Assembly: GCA_965644495.1 (NCBI GenBank)
Contig: CBFFSA010000005.1
Location: forward strand, 434,001 to 498,000
Direction: 5' to 3'
Source of the DNA: Perkinsela sp. CCAP 1560/9
Lineage: Eukaryota > Protista > Euglenozoa: Kinetoplastea
DNA: 64,000 bases
The translations under genes were made by a program, and so were the position numbers. Shown here in pieces: positions 50,004 through 59,461 of this stretch. The notes beneath the pieces are model-generated. The model made no database searches. It was not told the DNA's origin and was given only the letters and a program-made list of their open reading frames with translations. The first letter of the stretch is position 1. Each line of letters opens with the position of its first letter.

Positions 50004-52289
50004 ATGACCCAAGAATCTTCGAAATCGAAAGCTCGAAAGCAAGAAAAGCTATATACTTTATGGGGCGGACACCTACGCTTGTATCCGCAAGATACCACGA
50101 AAGGCAGAATGAAGTTTAACAGGATGTTACAAGCACGTGAGCAACTCGAGCAAGTTGTCCGGCGGCACTATCCTGGAGCCCATGTGTATGTTTTTGGGAG
50201 CTGTGTTGCGCACCAAATGTGGGACGGAGACTCCGACATTGACTTCACATGTATCGATCCGAATGCATGGGCGAAAGGGCGCTGGCCTCCTCACAACGAG
50301 AGGTTGGTTATTTTAGAATGCAGTTCGACATTGGGTAGGCTTGCGGAACCCCGTCACGTACTATCCATCACGGGTGCACGTGTTCCAATTCTAAAGTATT
50401 CGAAAATTCGGGGTGAGAAGAAGAATAACCTGAACCAAGTATCGCTTATCGAGTACTGCGGCACGGATGTGCCTCAGGGAAACGGAAACGAGGAAGGCAA
50501 CTCTCTCTGTCTCATCGTAATATTTCAAAAACCTGGGTACAGTGGCGATCTCTTAACTCAATCTCAAGAAAATGTTGGAAAACGGATACAGGAAATGCTG
50601 CCGGATGTACCGTTATTATTTAATTGGAGCGGAGATCATGGGAATTACCTAACTATTACATTTCCAGAGCAGAAGTATGTATTCGATGCTTACGTAAAGC
50701 TGAGAACCACGCCAAAAATTGGTCCTGCACCGATAGCCTCCGTTGTGTTATCCCTTAAGACTTTATCTAATCAAGCAGGACTTTCTAATGAGACTCATCG
50801 ACAAGCCCTAGCCCGTATAGCTCTCTTCTCAGTAGATTTTGATCTAAGCACACGCGCGTTTGGACTTCGAAATAGCTACCTGCTTCAACGATACATCCAA
50901 CAGAATCCAATGGTTAGTGTCGGTGCTCATGCGATTAAGAACTGGAGCAAATGCACAGGCCTGAACAATAGTTCATGTGGCTGGCTATGTACATATGCTT
51001 TTCACGTTATGTGGCTACACTTTCTCCTTCGCGAGGGCGTAGTAGAGTATGTATCCCCTGAGAGCATTCCTGAAAATCCATTACTCTTGCCCGTTGCACC
51101 ACAATATAATCCATGTTACCTTCCCAACGAACTTTGGGGAAAGATGGGTCGTTTATTGCAAAACTTTTTCCATTATTTTGCCAATGATTTTTCCTGGGAT
51201 TCGCACGTTATAACTATTAATCGCAAAAAGTCCACAATGAAAGAATTCCTTAAGTGGGGAAGCGATGCAGGACAATCGGGTTCGAGAAAAAAGTCCCTGC
51301 AATATTACGTAGCGATTGAAGACCCTTATGAAGTTGACTTCAATTTGGGAAGACACATGAGTTGGCAGCGATATAGCTTTATGAAAGAAAAATTTGTAGA
51401 GGCTAGCAATGAGTTAGGCACAAAGGACCCTTTGCGATGTACTCTTTTCTCACCTGTGTTCAGCAAGGAGGAAAAAGAAACTGCTGTTCACATGGCTTCT
51501 CTTGCACTCGAGATTGTTAGGCGTTTAGAGTCAGTACCGTTCCGACAACTTATGGATCTTGTGGAAACTAAGGTGGCAGATCTACCCGGAGCAGAGCACT
51601 ATATCTCCATTCTCCGAAGCGCGCTGAAATCTGTTCGATTGTTTCGTTGTGCAGGTCTATTACTCGATGACACTGATGAAGTGCGTCTTCCGAGAACTCC
51701 GGAAGAAGAGAGGTCCGTTAAGAAAGAAAGAAAAATCATCAGAAAAAGTATGGATCTGGTAAACGACTTCGATAAAAAATTAAAACATTTCACTTCCGAC
51801 AAGAAAAAAAAAGTTAGAGAACGAGAACGGCCGAAAAAGATTAGAGAGAGGCTAAAGCGTATGGAAGCTAAATCTCAAGAAAAGCTAAAACATCAAGAAG
51901 TAAAGACTAAACCTATTACATCCAGCACATTGCCAAATGACGTATGCAACTCTAAGGTAAATACTCCATCAATACAGCCGGAGGATAACGCTAGAGAGCA
52001 AGGTACGGACAAGCATCCAGAATTCTCACAATCTTGTACAAGCAAATTTAGTGCGCAGAGGCAACAAGTTTGGACAGAAACCTTGCTGACGAAGATGAGT
52101 AAAGGCTTGTCAAACACTGAGTATTCAAACCCCTTCGTTGTTGAACCTGTGGGTGATGTAAAGCCACAGAAACCTCAAAGTCTTGAAGTTCCTCTCGGAA
52201 TGTCAACAAACCTTCGAACACATGATCTTGGACATATGTTTCAGCCATCGCAATGCTGGAGCCTACGCATGCTTACTCGTCGTCGATAA
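50004..52289 (+). CDS. Terminal uridylyltransferase, RET1/TUT3 subfamily
   Basis: VFGSCVAHQMWDGDSDIDF, WPP, ARVPILK, middle-domain insertion, VDFDLS...GLRNSYLL..Y, IKNWSK..GLNNS..GWLCTYA, IEDPYE..FNLGRH. Confidence 0.88.
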   Translation: MTQESSKSKARKQEKLYTLWGGHLRLYPQDTTKGRMKFNRMLQAREQLEQVVRRHYPGAHVYVFGSCVAHQMWDGDSDIDFTCIDPNAWAKGRWPPHNERLVILECSSTLGRLAEPRHVLSITGARVPILKYSKIRGEKKNNLNQVSLIEYCGTDVPQGNGNEEGNSLCLIVIFQKPGYSGDLLTQSQENVGKRIQEMLPDVPLLFNWSGDHGNYLTITFPEQKYVFDAYVKLRTTPKIGPAPIASVVLSLKTLSNQAGLSNETHRQALARIALFSVDFDLSTRAFGLRNSYLLQRYIQQNPMVSVGAHAIKNWSKCTGLNNSSCGWLCTYAFHVMWLHFLLREGVVEYVSPESIPENPLLLPVAPQYNPCYLPNELWGKMGRLLQNFFHYFANDFSWDSHVITINRKKSTMKEFLKWGSDAGQSGSRKKSLQYYVAIEDPYEVDFNLGRHMSWQRYSFMKEKFVEASNELGTKDPLRCTLFSPVFSKEEKETAVHMASLALEIVRRLESVPFRQLMDLVETKVADLPGAEHYISILRSALKSVRLFRCAGLLLDDTDEVRLPRTPEEERSVKKERKIIRKSMDLVNDFDKKLKHFTSDKKKKVRERERPKKIRERLKRMEAKSQEKLKHQEVKTKPITSSTLPNDVCNSKVNTPSIQPEDNAREQGTDKHPEFSQSCTSKFSAQRQQVWTETLLTKMSKGLSNTEYSNPFVVEPVGDVKPQKPQSLEVPLGMSTNLRTHDLGHMFQPSQCWSLRMLTRRR

Positions 52290-52779
52290 ACTATTGCGTT
52301 TTTATCCGGTTGTTGATTCTCTTCATGTGTTCCTATTGATGTGGGAAATCGACAGTACAGCTCTCTCTCTCTCTCTCTAATGCATCGATAGTGCGGTTTT
52401 GTATGAGGATTTTATATTTTGAGATACTTTAGAAAAACTTTGATGGTTGAAGATCCCAGAGGAAGAGAGATTCCCTTGATCATTGGATATCTTGTAGCCA
52501 TGTTTCTATGAACCTTGCTCTCTGAAATGAAATTTTAAACACAAGGTACCCGACTTGTATAAAAATTATGCTGTGTATTACATACACAGTATAACGATTG
52601 CGTGTAGTATAACGATTGCATTGGAATAGTTCTATTCTATCATCTTTTTTTAATATATTTCTGCTTAAACGCTAGAAGTCGTTTTGTCCGTTCGTGAAAT
52701 TTGCTACACATTTCATTAACAATACTAAAAATGTTATTCCAGTAGGTACTGCGCTTCCTCTCTAACACAACGATAACGT

Positions 52780-53376
52780 ATGGCGCTGCAAGCCGTGTTT
52801 AGTTTCATTCGTTTACCACGAACAACACTTTTTCTGTTGTATTGGTGTCTTTCGCACTACATAGTGTCACTTTACTACTGGTGGACTTTTCTCTGGGTTG
52901 AAACTTCTCTTTTAGGTTCAACCATAGCTTTGGTTTACGCCATTTGTCTGAGCACGGGGGCCGCACTTTACCTATTCGGCGCTTCGGCCTGTTGGATGCA
53001 GGTCTATCGTTTCGGACATGAAATGCTTCCAAATGAGAGACGTCGTCGAATCACACTGGGATTCGCTCTTATATATTTTCCACACATTCTTCCTTGCTGG
53101 ATAGTGGAGGCCTACCTTGTGCACTTGCATGGATTTCTTTGCAACACACAGTGTTTATGTTTTATTATCTCAACAGTAACGTGGATCACATTCTCTATGT
53201 GTATTTGGTTATCCTACACTTGGTTTATGGCTAGATTCTTGAACTTTCGCTTTGGAGATCATGATGACAATGAAACGATGGCGGGTAGTGACACTGACTC
53301 TATTCGCACGGAGTCCAGTCTTCGGTCTTTTTCGTACCGACCTGTTTCACAAAATAGAAAGTTGGACAACTTTTAG
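52780..53376 (+). CDS. Hypothetical multi-pass membrane protein
   Basis: 198 aa with about four hydrophobic helices and a polar C-tail. Confidence 0.7.
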   Translation: MALQAVFSFIRLPRTTLFLLYWCLSHYIVSLYYWWTFLWVETSLLGSTIALVYAICLSTGAALYLFGASACWMQVYRFGHEMLPNERRRRITLGFALIYFPHILPCWIVEAYLVHLHGFLCNTQCLCFIISTVTWITFSMCIWLSYTWFMARFLNFRFGDHDDNETMAGSDTDSIRTESSLRSFSYRPVSQNRKLDNF

Positions 53377-53662
53377 GCCTCATAGGAAACATTCTACGTA
53401 ATTTTTTTAATGGAAAATGACAGGTTCGTGCTCTTATAAATACAGACCGATATTGAGACCAATTAGACTGTCTTAGGGCGAAAAGCTTCCGAGATTTCTA
53501 ATTTCCACTATTAAATTTCGTCTGTCCATCCATTAAACTTCGTTTAATTTTTTTTTTGATATGCCACGCCAAATCTAGTTCTAGGTCTTTTCGAGTATCC
53601 TACTAGTTTTGCATTCGATGACCTATATTATTTTACTTTCAACCATAATTTCTTATTTTGAA

Positions 53663-54037
53663 ATGGGAAAGAAACGTCGCGAAAGGCAGAAACAATTGAA
53701 TGAGCAAACAATGAAACTGCAAAAACGCCTTGATGAACAGCGATTTCAAAAGCTTGAGAAAACGAAGAGGAAGCGCACACGTTATGAAATGGAGTCTTCG
53801 ATCACTAAACAGGCACATCTGAAGAATACAGCTTGCACAATAGAAACGGAAAAAACACAAAAACATTTAAGCAAGAGAGCGCGTGGATTATTGAGGAAGC
53901 GTCTGAAGTCAAACGCCCCTAGAAAACAGGAAAACGTTCTTCAACAAAAGCCCGCATCACTAGAAAAGGACATTGGTTGTTCAGGGAATGATATGATATG
54001 TGATGAAGGGCCAACCATTAAACGAAGAAGAACTTAG
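53663..54037 (+). CDS. Small basic hypothetical protein (possibly nucleolar)
   Basis: ATG 53663, MGKKRRERQKQL...; K/R-rich; co-oriented with the cluster. Confidence 0.55.
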   Translation: MGKKRRERQKQLNEQTMKLQKRLDEQRFQKLEKTKRKRTRYEMESSITKQAHLKNTACTIETEKTQKHLSKRARGLLRKRLKSNAPRKQENVLQQKPASLEKDIGCSGNDMICDEGPTIKRRRT

Positions 54038-54232
54038 CCTCAAGCTATACTCGGTCTTTCAGAATAAAGTTTATTCTGCTTATTAAACTGGTTTTCCGGC
54101 GAGACATTTTTCTGCATACATCTATTTTCCAGACAGTATTATCTTCTAGGTAGTGTTGATCACTATAAATAAAGATCACCATACATTGTGTATTTAGATT
54201 GTTTGTTTTTATACTTTTACAGTATAGGAAGT

Positions 54233-56113
54233 ATGGAAATTGATGATATAGGAGATCGCGACGTCAGTGAGTGGAAAACTGGGGTCTGGAAAAAGGAGAA
54301 AGACTTTTCCGAAGAGGCTAATGCCGTAAACAATCGAATCCTACTATCGTTCAAATCCTTTTCGAAGGTTCTAGAAAAATTACCGGATGAATCGTCTATC
54401 GAGGAACCAGGAAAGCTCTTAGATAGTAGAATAGCGCCTGAAATCTCTTGCCTTATACCATCAGCGACATGGCTCTGCCAACATCAGAGTGATATGGAGC
54501 ATTTGTCAAATCTTTCTAGCGAAGAAATGCTCCTTCGAAATGATCTTATTGCATTTCTGAATATGGAGAAAAGGGCACGTTTAGCAGGGGACATTGACAC
54601 TGTGACTTTTATTTCGCAGCAACTTCTTCGAATATATAAATTGGCTTCCCGATATCTAGATATGGTAGATCTCATGGAATTCTTTCTTCAAAGACGTGGT
54701 CAGGCAGCGAAAACTCAAGCAACTATTGTTGGTGAATGTTACGACGGTTTGCAGCAATTATCAGACAATTTAATACCCGTTTCAAATGAACTGATCGCTG
54801 AGACTGTTCCGGAAATTGAGACATTGCTCTTACCGTTGCTGCGTCGTTTTTCAAAGGCCACTCGTAGTAAGCTCCATGTGGAGTTAGAGCACACATACAG
54901 TACGCTTCGTCTAGTTAAGGTCCTCGTTGAACTAAGTTCTAACGAACAGTCTGACTCTCAGGTAATGTCTTTAAAAAATGAAGCTTTCGAACTGCTACAA
55001 GACTTGCAAATTGAAAATGTATCATCTATGGCTCGTGGAGAAAGAACGCTGAATCTACTTTATCACATAGCTTTTTGTATCTACATGCAAGATTATCCTC
55101 GATCTGGGCTTCTGCTGCGAAAAATTGGACCTCAAGCATTGGAAGAGGCCTCAAAAAAGCAATTCGACATTCCACGTTTTTGCAAAAATGGGAATAATAA
55201 AGAGTTCCTATTTCACGACGAGATACGTCCATGTAAGAGTTCGACTGAATTTTACCTACGGTGCCGCATTTTATATCATATGCATAATTCACAATACTCA
55301 GAAGTCGCCCGTTGCTGGTGGGAATGGTCATATCATTTGAGAGAACTTAAAGAGCTTCTCTTGGCTTCATCTGATGAAGAACAGTCAAGCGATACTGTAT
55401 CAAAAGTAACATTTGCAATCAGGATTACATATCAAAAGGCGGTACTTTTTCTTCTAATCTGTAGCAATGCGGATTTCAAACGCGGAAACACTGGGGAAGT
55501 TTTCCCGTCTACGTTAACGGCTCCAGTTCCTGATCCATTGGAAAGAACCAAGTGGATTTCGGAATTAGCATCGCAAAGTGTGTTGTCAGGTTATCACGCG
55601 AAAGATTTGTCTCAAATTGATCACTCAGTTGATAAACAATCTCTTTTTTCGATGACGCTGTTAAAGGACCTAGCTATGGACTTTCTTGGCAAGTCGCCTA
55701 TTTCGTCGGTAAAAGCAGATGAAAAATATTTTTCGCCGTTGAGTAAACACCCTTTCTTTAATTCTTACCCTGAGCTTCTAGCCAAAATTTGTACGCAGTT
55801 AATGTCGCATAATGTTATCCTTCTTTCAAAATGTTACACACGATGCACTCTTCAGAAATTATGCGAGTTGCTTGAACTTCCAATCGCAAATATTGAAATT
55901 ATTCTCATGAACCTCGTCAGTGAGGGCGCTATGCATGCAAAAATTGACCGTGCGCGTGGCATTGTTGTGTTTGAAAGTGTTAGGAATGCTGACGCTTCTG
56001 TAACGGAACAATGGTCCTTGAAGCTGGAAAAATTATATCAGTGCATAAATGAAACGTGCCACCTCATTGCCAAAGAAAGGATGCAATCCGGACTTCACCG
56101 TACTGTCGCGTGA
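54233..56113 (+). CDS. RPN5: 26S proteasome lid subunit Rpn5/PSMD12
   Basis: LNMEKRARLAGD, RRGQ..KTQ..IV, LHVELE, LQDLQIE..SSM, PCI domain HNV..LSKCYTR.TL.KL.ELL...LV..G..HAKIDR..GIV.F, CHLIAKE. Confidence 0.9.
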   Translation: MEIDDIGDRDVSEWKTGVWKKEKDFSEEANAVNNRILLSFKSFSKVLEKLPDESSIEEPGKLLDSRIAPEISCLIPSATWLCQHQSDMEHLSNLSSEEMLLRNDLIAFLNMEKRARLAGDIDTVTFISQQLLRIYKLASRYLDMVDLMEFFLQRRGQAAKTQATIVGECYDGLQQLSDNLIPVSNELIAETVPEIETLLLPLLRRFSKATRSKLHVELEHTYSTLRLVKVLVELSSNEQSDSQVMSLKNEAFELLQDLQIENVSSMARGERTLNLLYHIAFCIYMQDYPRSGLLLRKIGPQALEEASKKQFDIPRFCKNGNNKEFLFHDEIRPCKSSTEFYLRCRILYHMHNSQYSEVARCWWEWSYHLRELKELLLASSDEEQSSDTVSKVTFAIRITYQKAVLFLLICSNADFKRGNTGEVFPSTLTAPVPDPLERTKWISELASQSVLSGYHAKDLSQIDHSVDKQSLFSMTLLKDLAMDFLGKSPISSVKADEKYFSPLSKHPFFNSYPELLAKICTQLMSHNVILLSKCYTRCTLQKLCELLELPIANIEIILMNLVSEGAMHAKIDRARGIVVFESVRNADASVTEQWSLKLEKLYQCINETCHLIAKERMQSGLHRTVA

Positions 56114-56627
56114 AGTTTATACCGAAGCTACTATCCAAGCAAGATCGTTGCGTGATAATGGAAGTATTACTACATTTCATTTCAATCCCTACTTCGGTTA
56201 TGCTTCAAAACAATGATTACATATTTTTGCGTGTAGTTTGTAAAAATATAGTCCGCACGGGGAGATAAAAGAATTGTTCAAGGCTAAATCAAATACTAAA
56301 AGGTGAACTTTCTATTTTTATCATACATTCGATATTTAATTACTCATCAAGTTGCAAAACATAGTTGGACCTATATTTTATACGACATCACCTTATTCGC
56401 AGTGTACGTAGTGAATACAGTACGTATTCACAGTGCATCAAGCACATGGTATACCTACATAGCTGTGTGAGAATATAAAGTGATATTGATTGAGTCATTT
56501 CTCTTTGTTTTACATGGCGCAATTTTCAGAGTTATAAAGTCTTTTAAGAAGAACAATAAATTTTCCTTCAAATATTCGAAACTAAACTAGAAATTGAACG
56601 ACACCTTTTTGATCGTTTACTTTTTTT

Positions 56628-58148
56628 ATGTTTCGCGCTTGCTTGCGTTCGCTTCGTGTTTCTGCTCCCGTACCTCGTCCAATAAGCTCCAGCGATCAAC
56701 TTTCAAGGGAATCTTATGGCAACACCCGTGGCGGCTACAACAAAGAACTTTCCATAAAATACGACAAAGTCACAGAAGAAAACCGCTACGAATCCCTCGA
56801 TCTCATCCTCGAAACCCTCAGCACCCACAAAGGTCGTCGTCAGTACCCCATGCGTCTTAACCTCCGACCCCTCGGCGCCCGTCTCCGTCAAATGCAACTC
56901 GACTGGCATGACCTTAAAACCCTTCCCCGGTCCGAGCGTCTGATGGTCTTCGACGCCCTCCGTCTCACCCCCGCCCAACGCACCATCCTGGCCCTCGCCC
57001 TCCACGTCCACCTCTGCGGGGTACTCACCCAGAGTTCCCTCTCCTCCGCGCCCCAGACGTACTGCACCCGCGCGGGTCGGGTCGCGCACGGTGGGCGCTG
57101 CGGGGAGGACGGCCACACCGCCTCGTGCTACTTCGAGCACAAGCTCGTGGCCCGGTCGGCTCACTCGGGCGGAGCCGCGGGCAGTGCCACCCACGCCGCC
57201 TCGCTCTCCCGGCATCGGAGTATGCAGGACGGGGTGGTGGTGGAGACCCGGGCGATGCCCCCGTTGGAGATCGTGGGGAGGCGGCGGCAGGAGTACCGTG
57301 CGCGGGTGTGGGAGCCGGGGCCGGGGCCATCGCGGTTTGTGGTGCAGACGATGGGGTTCGATTTTAGGGTACACCCGGAGGATCCGAGATATGATGCACA
57401 GGTGATTGCCCCGGCGGTGGAGTGGGATACGCACGCGGAGAAGCTACGGCACGTGTTGGGGGAGTTGTTGGAGGTGCATGGGACGGAGAAAGGGGTGCCG
57501 CAGCCGTTGGAGATTCGACCGGGGGAGTTGCAGCCGGATATGGCCTACACGTTGAATTATGCTCCGGATCCGGATGGGACGGTGGTGGAATACCGGATGG
57601 TGGATCAGCAAGGGGTACTGCGGCCGTGGTTTATGGTGCCCCCTCCGCAGAGGTTTTTGCGTGGGGTGCCCGTGGATGTACCATTTGCACCCTCTGTTAT
57701 CATTAAAGTTACCGCGAACGCGCCGAAGCCAGAAGGTGGGAAGGAGGAGTGGTTTTCCGATCCCAAACTTTCGCGAGCAAAGAGCACCAGTGGCGATGGC
57801 TCTTCAAGGTCACAACAGCCGGAGTCGAATAGAAATTCGCAGAAGTCTCAATCGGAGTACATCAGCCCCACCCTTGCGATTGACGATCCCGGGCGACTTC
57901 CGCTTCAGGTCACGATTATGGTACATGATCTGGCATGTTTTCGACTACCCCCGGAGAAGGAATCAACTCTTATGCAATATTTAGTGGATTATGCAAGTCA
58001 AATTCCTTTTAGTCTTCCATTTTATTTATACTACCGCGTCGATTCCATTGACGTACTCCGAGCTAATCCGGACGTACAACAATATCAAAGGAATATGCTA
58101 AGTGCTGAAAAAAACGGGCTCAACTTTCGAGTAAAGAAAAACTTTTAG
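56628..58148 (+). CDS. Hypothetical, probably mitochondrial protein with Cys/His cluster
   Basis: Leader-like MFRACLRSLR; 506 aa; LCG...YC...H..RC...GH...CYF possible metal site. Confidence 0.65.
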   Translation: MFRACLRSLRVSAPVPRPISSSDQLSRESYGNTRGGYNKELSIKYDKVTEENRYESLDLILETLSTHKGRRQYPMRLNLRPLGARLRQMQLDWHDLKTLPRSERLMVFDALRLTPAQRTILALALHVHLCGVLTQSSLSSAPQTYCTRAGRVAHGGRCGEDGHTASCYFEHKLVARSAHSGGAAGSATHAASLSRHRSMQDGVVVETRAMPPLEIVGRRRQEYRARVWEPGPGPSRFVVQTMGFDFRVHPEDPRYDAQVIAPAVEWDTHAEKLRHVLGELLEVHGTEKGVPQPLEIRPGELQPDMAYTLNYAPDPDGTVVEYRMVDQQGVLRPWFMVPPPQRFLRGVPVDVPFAPSVIIKVTANAPKPEGGKEEWFSDPKLSRAKSTSGDGSSRSQQPESNRNSQKSQSEYISPTLAIDDPGRLPLQVTIMVHDLACFRLPPEKESTLMQYLVDYASQIPFSLPFYLYYRVDSIDVLRANPDVQQYQRNMLSAEKNGLNFRVKKNF

Positions 58149-58335
58149 CTCCACGAAATATTAAATGTGCGTCCGAATGTATTTTCAACACCTTACCTTC
58201 GTGTGTTAATTCCTTATTCAAGACTCTCTTGCTCCTAGACTTAATGCATTATTTCCTTTTACCCGTTTCACTCTTTTCAACGAAATAACCCCTTTTTCTC
58301 TTTTTGTTCGTCATTTACATTTCTCCCTCCTTACA

Positions 58336-59163
58336 ATGCTTGTTACAATTACTCAAAAAGTCTATACACGCGATGTTGTACCTTGTGATAGGCTTCGTCT
58401 TGGGAAGGCTCGGGCCTCCCTGCTCTCTGACGAGGATATCTTCCAAAAATTTGTGGCACAACTTACGCACAGTCCCTCCTCATGGAACACCCGTCACAGT
58501 GTTTGTCGCTGGGAGGGAGTGCTGTGTGACGCCCCGTCCAAAGTCAGCGCCCTGTTGTGGCGAGGATTTGCCCTCCGAGGCAACTTAAGCTGGTCTTATG
58601 CTCCCTCTGAGCTCACCCGGATAAACATCGGAGGTCACCCCGAGAGGAGGAGTGCCTTGACCGGGGAGATTCCCACCCCTGTTCTCACGGATACGCTTTC
58701 AACGATCCGTCTTGCGTGTGCTCTTTTTCGTGGTCCGGTAAATTTGGAAGTCCTCCCGAATTCCCTAACAGAGCTCGACTTGGGTACCAATCACTTTGGC
58801 GGGGAGATATCCCTCAGTCTTCTACCACCCCAGCTTAATCTACTTTGTCTGCGACGTAACCTGTTTGGAGGTTTCGTGAACCTAGGTGCTCTCCCTCCCT
58901 ATTTGATTGGGCTGTACCTGGAGCACAACCAATTCTGTGGTGAAATTATTGACGTTTCTCGTTTACCTCCTCGTCTAACTGAGCTGGATTTGTCGTATAA
59001 CCAGTTCACGACAATGATCCCTGTCGCAGGTCGCGTGTCCTCTGCGCTCGCTGTTCTTGATATCTCGCATAACGCCTTGGGCGGGCATCTGGATCTTAGG
59101 CGTGTACCAGCTTCCGTTTATATTTCTCATGAAGGAAATCCGTACGACGAAGTAAGAGAGTAG
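58336..59163 (+). CDS. Leucine-rich repeat protein (same family as 44746)
   Basis: VCRWEGVLC cap and 23-aa LPxxLxxLxLxxNxFxG repeats. Confidence 0.9.
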   Translation: MLVTITQKVYTRDVVPCDRLRLGKARASLLSDEDIFQKFVAQLTHSPSSWNTRHSVCRWEGVLCDAPSKVSALLWRGFALRGNLSWSYAPSELTRINIGGHPERRSALTGEIPTPVLTDTLSTIRLACALFRGPVNLEVLPNSLTELDLGTNHFGGEISLSLLPPQLNLLCLRRNLFGGFVNLGALPPYLIGLYLEHNQFCGEIIDVSRLPPRLTELDLSYNQFTTMIPVAGRVSSALAVLDISHNALGGHLDLRRVPASVYISHEGNPYDEVRE

Positions 59164-59461
59164 CTACTAACCTGAGGTCCATGGACACAAAAAGGGAAAA
59201 TATTAAACAGAGAATGAACCATGTAATTCTACATTGTTATCACATACCTCTTTTTTTTATATTGTGTAACGTCGTACAAGTGCATCCCTTTTTGTAAATC
59301 GTTGTTTTATTTAGGCTGCTATTTTGACCAACACGGAAAAATGAAAAGCTACTGCATGTGGAGAGATAAGTTATTGTTTTACCTCCAATTTTCCGTGGTC
59401 ATTTTCTAGCTTCTAGTCGCAACATTTGAGTGTCTTTGATTTTTGATTGGATTTTTTATCT

